From contig JAFPDB010000140.1 in the NCBI GenBank assembly GCA_017390085.1, positions 1-52,688 of the forward strand: a stretch of 52,688 nucleotides of DNA. Reading direction: 5' to 3'. The position numbers and the translations under genes were made by a program. The DNA comes from Bacteroidales bacterium. GTDB taxonomy: Bacteria > Bacteroidota > Bacteroidia > Bacteroidales > Marinilabiliaceae. The notes below the pieces were generated by a model. The model had not been told where the DNA came from. It saw nothing but the letters and a program-made list of their open reading frames with translations, and did not search any database. This document shows positions 37,961-50,066 of this stretch, one piece after another (within the stretch, counting starts at the first letter, position 1; each line of letters starts with the position of its first letter).

Positions 37961-38041
37961 TGGAAAAACATAAGTGAAACCGACAGGAACTGACAATAGT
38001 GTCGAAAACGTGTTAGCAACCTGTTGGTAAATCATACGGAA

Positions 38042-39184
38042 ATGTTTGATTATCAATTGTTTCACGTGGAACATTCGCCTTTCGGGCTGTACATCCACGT
38101 GCCTTTTTGTTTGAAGAAGTGTATCTATTGCGGCTTTTGCAGCGTGATAAATACGTCGTTGATTGACAGGTATTTGGATGTGCTGGCGAAAGAGATGGGG
38201 AGGTCGGCGGTGGCGGGTTTGAAGCCTCGGACTGTGTATGTAGGCGGCGGCACGCCGTCGTGCATTGGAGTACGAAATATCGAAAGGGCTTTGCGGATTG
38301 TGGGTGAGGCTTTTGACTTGAGTGAGATTTTGGAATACACGTTTGAGTGTAATCCGGAGGACGTGGATGATGAGCTGGCCGCGGCGCTTGCGGGCAATGG
38401 CGTGAACCGCGTGAGCATGGGCGTTCAGAGTTTGGATGACAAGATGCTGAAATTCCTCGGGCGACGGCATAAGGCGGCCAAAGTGGGCGAGGCCATTGGC
38501 TCGTTACGGAAGGCAGGGATTGGAAATATTAGTGTGGATTGCATTTATGGGCTGCCGCGAATTGATGGCTTCGACCCGCTTGCCGACGTAGACAGGTTCT
38601 TGGCGTTGGGAGTTGAGCATATGTCGTTCTACTCGCTTCAGTATGAAGAAAATGCCCAGATAACCAGAATGGTCGAGCGGGGCGAAGTGGACATGATGAG
38701 CGACGACGACGTTTGCGACCTCTACGACGCATTGGTCGAGAAGATGCGCGGTGCCGGCTACGTCCACTACGAGCTGTCGAACTTCGCCAAGCCTGGTCGG
38801 GAGTCGAAACACAACTTGTCGTATTGGGACAGAGTGCCTTATTGGTCCTTTGGCCCGGCGGCGGCGTCGTTCGACGGGAAAGTGAGAATGACTAACACGT
38901 GCAACGTGGAAGAGTATCTGGCAAGCGAGGGGCAGAAGAAAAGCCTCGTGGAAAAATTGACCGACGAACAAATCTTCATCGAGCGAGTGATGCTGAAAAT
39001 GCGGAAGAGCGACGGGTTAAACCTTTCGGAAGTCGACGACCGGTATATGCCGTCTTTGCGGGAGAAATTGGGGATTGAAATGAAAGAGGGGAACGTCGTC
39101 AGATTGGCCAACGGGAACTATGCCATTCCCGAGGGGCGTTGGATGGTCTCCGATTCAATCATCGGACGGCTGGCCTTGATTTGA
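38042..39184 (+). CDS. hemW: radical SAM heme chaperone HemW (HemN-like, oxygen-independent coproporphyrinogen oxidase family)
   Basis: The start was set at ATG 38042 (MFDYQLFHVEHSPFGLYIHVPFCLKKCIYCGF, CxxxCxxC motif). The tracked start at 38024 is a TTG. Confidence 0.85.
   Translation: MFDYQLFHVEHSPFGLYIHVPFCLKKCIYCGFCSVINTSLIDRYLDVLAKEMGRSAVAGLKPRTVYVGGGTPSCIGVRNIERALRIVGEAFDLSEILEYTFECNPEDVDDELAAALAGNGVNRVSMGVQSLDDKMLKFLGRRHKAAKVGEAIGSLRKAGIGNISVDCIYGLPRIDGFDPLADVDRFLALGVEHMSFYSLQYEENAQITRMVERGEVDMMSDDDVCDLYDALVEKMRGAGYVHYELSNFAKPGRESKHNLSYWDRVPYWSFGPAAASFDGKVRMTNTCNVEEYLASEGQKKSLVEKLTDEQIFIERVMLKMRKSDGLNLSEVDDRYMPSLREKLGIEMKEGNVVRLANGNYAIPEGRWMVSDSIIGRLALI
38058..38073. other. canonical parS centromere-like site
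   Basis: The plus strand reads TGTTTCACGTGGAACA. Its reverse complement is TGTTCCACGTGAAACA, a 16/16 match to the classic Bacillus-type parS. It lies in codons 6-11 of hemW. Confidence 0.65.
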
Positions 39185-40084
39185 GCATCGGTTGCCGACG
39201 GCGAGCAACGCGTATCCGACAACGGACGGGACGACGATGTTGAGAGCCCAAATGAAGATGACGGCCGAGGCCACAACGTCGCCGTCGCAAAGGGGCGTGA
39301 GAATCCAGCTTGCCAATCCGCCTTTCACGCCCACGTCGATAATGTTGACCCTCGGGACGACGGTGACGAAGAAATAGTAGACGGCCACGGCAAGAAAGAG
39401 CAAGGGCGAGGGCGGTTCCCCTGTCGAAAGAAGAATTGCGAGCTGAAGCGAAAAGACCGACACTTTGGTCAAGTTGAGAGCGAATGCTATCGCCACTCTC
39501 CTACCCCATACGCTTCGAGGCGGCAGCCTCTTGCGGAAAAGGATGAAAAACAATGCGGCTGTGAGGATTGACGCAATAGAGCCGAAAAGGCAAAAGGTCG
39601 TGGCCTCTGAAGGGATGGGCGAATCGCACGAGAGGGAGAATAAAATCGAGGATATGAAGCCGAGCATAACGATAGCGGCAGTCTGAATCACACTCGCCAC
39701 AACGCTCGCCAACGTCGCGGAACGTTTGTCGGAGTAGCTCATAGCCCTGCCCACGTGCTCGCCAATGTTGGCGGGCGTGACGTTGCCGAGACCCACGCCG
39801 CGTAGCGTGGCAAGAGCATCGTCGCGGAGAGAACCTCTGGCGAAGATGCTTCTGACGGCCTTCCAGCGTAGCGTTTCGAGAGCCAAGTTGGCGCACATCA
39901 AAAACAGCTCGGCGCAAAGGAGCAGGGACGACGAAAAGAAGAAAGTGAAAGACGCTGCAATCCCGCTCCGCCCCTGCCACGCCCTCTCGCAGAAGACTAC
40001 AAGGCAAGCGACGCAAAAGACGGCTGTGGCAATCTTAGCCGCCTTGCGCAAAAGTGGTGGGACGTTGAAAGAGGCGATTCTCAT
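39155..40084 (-). CDS. multi-pass integral membrane protein (possibly flippase-like/LPG-synthase-TM family)
   Basis: 309 aa, strongly hydrophobic with several predicted helices. It converges on hemW with a 30-nt overlap. The family guess is weak. Confidence 0.6.
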   Translation of the reverse strand: MRIASFNVPPLLRKAAKIATAVFCVACLVVFCERAWQGRSGIAASFTFFFSSSLLLCAELFLMCANLALETLRWKAVRSIFARGSLRDDALATLRGVGLGNVTPANIGEHVGRAMSYSDKRSATLASVVASVIQTAAIVMLGFISSILFSLSCDSPIPSEATTFCLFGSIASILTAALFFILFRKRLPPRSVWGRRVAIAFALNLTKVSVFSLQLAILLSTGEPPSPLLFLAVAVYYFFVTVVPRVNIIDVGVKGGLASWILTPLCDGDVVASAVIFIWALNIVVPSVVGYALLAVGNRCSNQGQPSDD

Positions 40085-40197
40085 GATACCGGAAGTAAAG
40101 GTATGCGTTTTTTGTCCCAGTGTCGCAAAAGAGATGGTCTCATGGCTATGGCGAGAAGTGGCGATAGCGCGAGGAAAACCTTAACTTTGCGTCACTT

Positions 40198-40998
40198 ATG
40201 CAAAACGTCAAGCCAAAGAAGCAGCTCGGCCAGCATTTCCTGACGAGCCAAAAGATTGCCAAAGACATTGTCGACGCCCTGACGTGGGAAGGGCGAGCCG
40301 TCGAGATTGGCCCGGGAATGGGCGTGCTGAGCAAGTACCTTTTCGAGCGTGCGGAGCTGGATATGCGACTCGTGGAGGTTGACCCTGAGAGCGTCGACTA
40401 CCTGAAAGAGGCCTACCCTTCGCAAGCCGAAAGGGTCGTCTACGGCGACTTCCTCAAGCAAGACGCTGACGACTTCTTTGGCGACGACGCCCCTTTCGCC
40501 GTCATAGGCAACTTCCCATACAACATCTCGAGCCAGATATTTTTCAGGATACTTGAATACAAAGACCGCGTCCCGATGGTCGTCGGGATGCTCCAACGCG
40601 AAGTAGCCCTGCGACTCTCTTCAGGGCCAGGCACACGCGACTACGGCATCCTGAGCGTCTTTCTGCAAGCCTACTACGACATCGAGTACCTCTTCACAGT
40701 CCATGAGGACGTTTTCAACCCGCCCCCGAAAGTCAAGAGCGGCGTAATAAGGTTGAAGCGCAACGGCGTTGAGAGGCTCGATTGCGACGAAGCCCTGTTC
40801 CGCAAAGTTGTCAAGGCCACATTCGGGCAGCGGCGCAAGATGATATGGAACGGGCTGAAGACGCTCGGCATGAAAATCGACGCCCTCAAAGACGACCCGA
40901 TAGTAAAACGCCGCCCTGAGCAACTCGGGGTGGCGGAGTTCGTCAGCCTGACGAACATGGTGGCGAGAGCCGACGGCGAGGCGAAGAAAGAGCCTTAG
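40198..40998 (+). CDS. rsmA: 16S rRNA (adenine1518/1519-N6)-dimethyltransferase
   Basis: 266 aa with the KKQLGQHFL start, the VEIGPGMG SAM motif and GNFPYNISS. Confidence 0.9.
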   Translation: MQNVKPKKQLGQHFLTSQKIAKDIVDALTWEGRAVEIGPGMGVLSKYLFERAELDMRLVEVDPESVDYLKEAYPSQAERVVYGDFLKQDADDFFGDDAPFAVIGNFPYNISSQIFFRILEYKDRVPMVVGMLQREVALRLSSGPGTRDYGILSVFLQAYYDIEYLFTVHEDVFNPPPKVKSGVIRLKRNGVERLDCDEALFRKVVKATFGQRRKMIWNGLKTLGMKIDALKDDPIVKRRPEQLGVAEFVSLTNMVARADGEAKKEP

Positions 40999-41885
40999 TC
41001 GGAGTCGTGGCTTTGGCCGAGCGGCTCGAGGTGCACAGTCGCCTCGATTCCTAATTTAGCCTTAATGTTATTCTCGAGGAGGGTCGCCACGGCGTGGCTC
41101 TCGTTGAGCGTCTTGTTGCCGTCCATCTTGATGTGGAGGGTGAGCTCCTTGTGCGACACGTAGTTATGCAGGTGGATATGGTGTACTTGCAGCTCGTCGG
41201 GGTAGGTCTCAGCTGCAATCTGTCGGACCTGCTCGATGAACTCGGGTGACGGGTTCTCGCCAAGGAGCTTATCGACCGTCTGGCGGATTATCTGAAAAGT
41301 GGCGTAGAAGAGCATGGCCGACACGACGAGTCCAAGGGCGGCGTCGATCCACCAAACCTTGCTCGCGAAGACGATGCCGGCCAAGACGACAACCGACGAA
41401 AGGGCGTCGCTGCGGTGATGCCATCCGTCGGCCTTGATGGCCTCATTGCCGCTTTTGCGTCCGAGGTAGAAAGCGTATTGGGCGAGAGCCTCTTTTGCGA
41501 CAATTGAAACAATAGTGACGACAATAGCGAGAGCGCCGAATGTTGTTTGGGTGTGCGTCGAGAGCCTATCGATGGCCTCAGTGGCGAAGTCGTATGCCAC
41601 AATCCCGAGCAGGCAGCCGATGAAGAGCGCGGCAATCTGTTCCCAGCGCCCGTAGCCGAAGGGGTGTTTGTCGTCGGGCCTCATTTGCGATAGTCGGACG
41701 GAGACGATGACAATGAGCGAGCTGAAGGTGTCGGAGAGAGTGTGCCAAGCGTCGGCCACTATTGCCACCGAGCCGCAGGCCGTGCCGGCCCAGAACTTGA
41801 GCCCGGCGAGGGCGGTGTTGGCGAGGGCTGAGACGATTCCCTCCTCGTATCCGGCGCGGGAGGCCGATTGCTGATAATTCTTCAT
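40995..41885 (-). CDS. cation diffusion facilitator family transporter
   Basis: 296 aa with six hydrophobic segments, the HTLSDTFSS and HHRSDALSS motifs, and a C-terminal cytoplasmic domain. Confidence 0.85.
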   Translation of the reverse strand: MKNYQQSASRAGYEEGIVSALANTALAGLKFWAGTACGSVAIVADAWHTLSDTFSSLIVIVSVRLSQMRPDDKHPFGYGRWEQIAALFIGCLLGIVAYDFATEAIDRLSTHTQTTFGALAIVVTIVSIVAKEALAQYAFYLGRKSGNEAIKADGWHHRSDALSSVVVLAGIVFASKVWWIDAALGLVVSAMLFYATFQIIRQTVDKLLGENPSPEFIEQVRQIAAETYPDELQVHHIHLHNYVSHKELTLHIKMDGNKTLNESHAVATLLENNIKAKLGIEATVHLEPLGQSHDSD

Positions 41886-41991
41886 TGCTTTAAATTGTGA
41901 GTGATGTTTTGGTATTTAGCCCGCGATGTTATGAAAAGGCGCCCTCATGAGCAAAAAGTGCGCGCTAATATGGAGCGTGTAAAAGAACGAA

Positions 41992-42021
41992 GGGCGGCAG
42001 AAGTGTAGCCTTCTGCCGCCC
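41992..42021 (-). terminator. strong GC hairpin (possible insulator/terminator upstream of the CDF gene)
   Basis: A 12-bp perfect stem, GGGCGGCAGAAG (41992-42003) / CTTCTGCCGCCC (42010-42021), with a 6-nt loop. The minus strand continues TTCGTTCTTTT. Confidence 0.4.
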
Positions 42022-42447
42022 CTCACCGCTATGAGAAAAATCACAATCAATAAACTGTACCGTTGTACAGGGGGCGCAACCATCACGGCGCTACCTTTTA
42101 TGAAAAACTCCTTTCACGAGCAAAGGTAGAAACATATATTAAATACGCAAACGGTTTTCCTTTATAAAGTTGCGTTGTCAAAAGAGTTTTAACAGAACTG
42201 AGCCAGCAAGTCCATTCTATTCGTCACTCCAATTGGAAAAAAAATTAACCGCTCGTCAATTCCACCGCGCAACTCGTCAAAAACTTAAAATTGTATAGCA
42301 AATATTGTGATGCGAGGTTTAAGTTTGCGGCGTCAATGAAAGACAAGTTTCTATGTCTGCATGTTCAATGGTCCGTTTGGACGTGAGTTCGAGGGCCTTT
42401 CTTATTCAGAGGTTATCTTTACAGGTAGTGATAAGCAATCATGAAAG

Positions 42448-42487
42448 CTGAGCCTTAGTTGTGAAACTGAGGCTCAGAATTTTTTTG
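42448..42487 (+). terminator. intrinsic terminator with no upstream ORF
   Basis: CTGAGCCT (42448-42455) / AGGCTCAG (42470-42477), extendable by 2 pairs, followed by AATTTTTTTG. Confidence 0.6.
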
Positions 42488-42596
42488 TGGGGGGTATTCG
42501 ATAGTTTTTCTATCCTGACACGCCAGCTTTGGTAAATGAGAGTAGGCGGTTGGAAATCATAAGCTTGCAATAATATATTATGCGTACGAACATAAG

Positions 42597-43529
42597 CTAC
42601 TCCTCATAAATTGACAACTTTACAATGTTGTTTTTAAGTTGGCCTCTCAGGATGGAAGCTAAGATAGCGTATTGTCCGCCACGCTGTAACCCTGCCGGCA
42701 GGTACATTTTTGCGGGGGTGATGACATCGCCCAGGCTCTGATGCGGACGCTCATCGTTGTAGAATGCGATGAACGAGCCTATTCCCGCACGTAGCCGACT
42801 GACTGTCGCCTCGGGGTATCTGTGCACGTACTCCTGCTTTATTGTGCGCCAAAAGCGCTCTATCCAGATATTGTCCTTGCATCGCCTGCGCCCGTCCATG
42901 CTGATGGCTATTCCGAGCGATTTGAGTGCGTTCACCCACGCGGGGGATGTGTACTGGCTCCCTTGGTCCGAGTTGACGATTTCAAGGCGTCCATGCCTGC
43001 TGACGCACTCCGCGAGCTGCTCCGTGCAGTTCGAGCCCTCAAGTGTGCTGCTCAGGCGCCACCCGACTGTGTATCGGCTGTACACGTCTATTATCGCGTA
43101 AAGGTACATGAACCACTTCTCCATCGGTATGTAGCTTATGTCGGTGCTCCACACCCTGTTGCGCCTGACAATCGGGAGGCCGCGGAGGTGGTACGGGTGG
43201 ACGTACTCGGCGTTCCCCGGCTTGCTGAGCTTGCGCTGCTGCGGGTACACTGCGTGCAGGCGCATCTTGCGCAGTGGTCGCCTGACGCGCTTCGGGTTGG
43301 CGGCGTACCCGTGCATGCGCAGCATCCTCGTCATGGTCATGACACCGGCGGTGGGGTGCGACTGGTAATACTCGTCCATCATGCGCATCATGTCCTTGTT
43401 CTCGTCGCTCTCGCCCTTGCGCTTGTAGTAGTGGCCCGTGCGGGTCAGCCCGGTCAGGGCGCAGTATCGGCTCCAGCTCATGCCTACGGGACGGCGGTCG
43501 GAAAGGCTCTCTATCTGTCCTTTCGACAC
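42597..43529 (-). CDS. IS3-family transposase OrfB (DDE integrase core)
   Basis: 310 aa with WSTDISYIP...YLYAIIDVYSR (D), VNSDQGSQYTS (D) and the downstream E region ERFWRTIKQEY. It would normally be expressed as an OrfAB fusion. Confidence 0.85.
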   Translation of the reverse strand: MSKGQIESLSDRRPVGMSWSRYCALTGLTRTGHYYKRKGESDENKDMMRMMDEYYQSHPTAGVMTMTRMLRMHGYAANPKRVRRPLRKMRLHAVYPQQRKLSKPGNAEYVHPYHLRGLPIVRRNRVWSTDISYIPMEKWFMYLYAIIDVYSRYTVGWRLSSTLEGSNCTEQLAECVSRHGRLEIVNSDQGSQYTSPAWVNALKSLGIAISMDGRRRCKDNIWIERFWRTIKQEYVHRYPEATVSRLRAGIGSFIAFYNDERPHQSLGDVITPAKMYLPAGLQRGGQYAILASILRGQLKNNIVKLSIYEE

Positions 43530-43816
43530 AGTGTCCCGTAGGCTTCCGCAAAAAAATCCACTTCCACGGTGAGTTGCCCGACTTTCTTCAGCAGCTTTTC
43601 GTTGGTGCGCCTAAGCTCCTTTATCTCCTTGTCCTCCTTGGCGGGGCTTGCGAGCACCTCTTTCGCCTTTGACACAAATTCTGCTTTCCACGCCGTTATC
43701 TGCTTGGCGGCTAAGCCTTATTTCTGGCACAATGTGGCCAGCGTCTCCCGCTCTTTGAGAGCCTCAATCACGACCTTCGTCTTGAACGAGGCGTCGTAGT
43801 TACTCCTTCTTCCCAT
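43511..43816 (-). pseudogene. IS3-family transposase OrfA (HTH) interrupted by an in-frame TAA
   Basis: My minus-strand translation from ATG 43816 reads MGRRSNYDASFKTKVVIEALKERETLATLCQK*GLAAKQITAWKAEFV...LLKKVGQLTVEVDFF. The stop at 43718-43720 sits where related OrfA proteins have Tyr or Phe. Confidence 0.7.
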
Positions 43817-43890
43817 TCTTGTTAAGTTAGATTGCAAAATTAGTACTTTGCAGTTGTCTTAATTTTTGGGGGTATTATTGACTAATATGT

Positions 43891-43989
43891 ACGAATAGCG
43901 CACAAATCGCAAATCACAACGAATCCCGTCTTTGCCTCTCAACCTTTAGCTATGAATGTCTTTCACTAGACAATTTGTGCGCTATTCGT
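43891..43989. repeat. 17-bp perfect inverted repeat (acgaatagcgcacaaat / atttgtgcgctattcgt) with a 65-bp spacer
   Basis: Read directly: arms at 43891-43907 and 43973-43989. Confidence 0.85.
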
Positions 43990-44377
43990 CCTGACTTTTA
44001 ATCTGACGGCTTCATAAAGTGACGTAGCTTTTTTAATATGAAATGATAAGAAATAAAAATTGTTGCTTTTGTAATGGAGCTGAGGCATATTCTTTTTGTG
44101 TTAGGGGCAGACTCTGTGATTTGTTTAAAAAAAACATTTCTGATATGCATGAAAATTTACGAACGATAGCTGAATAACGTAAAGTGTATTGCTATATATT
44201 TGCGCCCCGAAAAAACGACAGTAATCTGACACACCCACATAGAAAGCTATTGAAAAGCCGGCGAAAAAAGTGTTCTGTGTGAAGTGTTTAGGTTTATTGC
44301 TTCTTTTTGGAGACAACAATTAATACTAACTCTAAACTGAAAATGAAAGTTTTCATTGTAGTAGCATATTAAATGTC

Positions 44378-45016
44378 ATGAAACGTATAGTATTGCTCTT
44401 CATGCTGCTGCTAAGTGTACTTTATACCAAGGCATCGGAGCAGCAGGACACGTTGCAAAACAAGCTTCTGATAGCTTACGAGATTCATAAGGCAGACTGG
44501 GTGAACATAGACGCCATGTCGTCAACTAAGGGAATCTCTGCTTGCTATATGCGAAACTATGTTGTTGGACCTCGTTATTGTTTAGCCGTTGAATATGGAG
44601 CCAAAGTGACCTGGCTACATGGTGTGAAAAAGTCAGCTGCGTATGACGCTTACACTGACAGGGTTGATTATTTGAACGTATCTTTACCAGTAAATCTCAC
44701 AAGGTCGATTTCCATTGGCACTTCTGGTGTTTCTTTGGCTCCTTTCTTCGGACCTAACTTCAAGTTTAACATCGTGGGGAAATACCGAGAATCGTTCGAC
44801 GGCAAAAAGCGTGATAGTGTGAACTATCTTAGTCGCGATAGAAAGACACCAGCGAGCATATTTCAGTTCGGCATGAACGTGGGGGTTGGCTTCTATTACA
44901 AGCAGTTTGTTGTCGCCTATACATTCCAGCCCGATTTCACAGACTATGTGAAAGATGACATGGAATGTTGTAAACACACCAATACTAATTCATTCTCCGT
45001 TGGTGTTCGGTTTTGA
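44378..45016 (+). CDS. small outer-membrane beta-barrel (porin-family) protein
   Basis: 212 aa with a signal peptide (MKRIVLLFMLLLSVLYTKA), alternating-hydrophobic strands and a C-terminal ...SFSVGVRF ending in Phe. It sits in an AT-rich context. Confidence 0.7.
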   Translation: MKRIVLLFMLLLSVLYTKASEQQDTLQNKLLIAYEIHKADWVNIDAMSSTKGISACYMRNYVVGPRYCLAVEYGAKVTWLHGVKKSAAYDAYTDRVDYLNVSLPVNLTRSISIGTSGVSLAPFFGPNFKFNIVGKYRESFDGKKRDSVNYLSRDRKTPASIFQFGMNVGVGFYYKQFVVAYTFQPDFTDYVKDDMECCKHTNTNSFSVGVRF

Positions 45017-45423
45017 CGCAAAAGAGGATAATTCATGAATAGGGGGCTGTGCATATGGCGCAGTCCCTCTCCTTTTGTGATAAGCAAAGGTTTTGCGCCC
45101 TCCCTTTCAAAATGATATAAAATTTAGGTGTTTTGCTTACGTTTCTTTGAGTGAGATACGTAAAGTGCAATGGTTGTACGGTTAAAATTGCCCTTGTAGC
45201 TATTGAATTGTTAGTGTTTTGGTTAAATTTGTATGGTTTCAGAAGAATATTAGCGCTAAACTTGAAATTCTGAAATCTAATAAACAATAAGCATATTTCT
45301 ATCCATTCCCCCTATTTTAGATGGGGTGATGAGGAAAGAAAAAAGATACTGGACAACAACACCCCTTAATCAGATGGGGGCGCAGAACCAAGAAAACAGA
45401 AACACTACAATAAAAAAACGACC

Positions 45424-49959
<4,536 letters not shown>

Positions 49960-50066
49960 GCGGCGAGAGGGTCACTACCCCTTACGAAAAGAGTGATAAC
50001 AAAAGAACACAATGAACCCAGCAATCGGGAAGCCTGCAAACTCCTGATTGTCAATATATAAGAAAA

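Larger units (their letters stand above)
36923..37995 (+). repeat. dispersed array of the motif CTGACA (extended forms ACTGACA and GAAACTGAC)
   Basis: Exact CTGACA on the plus strand starts at 36923, 37302, 37319, 37395, 37589, 37662, 37778, 37850 and 37990. CTGACC starts at 36996 and 37374, and CTGACT at 37816. The inverted form TGTCAG starts at 37069, 37248 and 37548. Confidence 0.8.
42560..43905 (-). mobile_element. IS3-family insertion sequence (ends approximate)
   Basis: It has a two-ORF organisation (orfA then orfB in the -1 frame), a T7 slippery run at 43550-43556 and a DDE integrase-core orfB. I could not define clean terminal inverted repeats by eye, so the boundaries are guesses. 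Confidence 0.7.

Noticed and set aside
36905-37965. Conventional oriC with DnaA boxes in the repeat spacer.
   Set aside because: I found only one 8/9 match to TTATCCACA (TGTGGAAAA at 37958-37966) and one to its complement (TGTCGATAA at 37203-37211). There is no cluster of boxes and no dnaA or dnaN gene nearby. The origin idea is kept only as an untested possibility in the findings, not as a feature call.
44125-45287. Small ORFs 44125..44319(-) and 45033..45287(-) in the AT-rich islet.
   Set aside because: They are short and hydrophobic or low-complexity, sit in AT-rich DNA where such ORFs arise by chance, and have no recognisable motifs or plausible start context.
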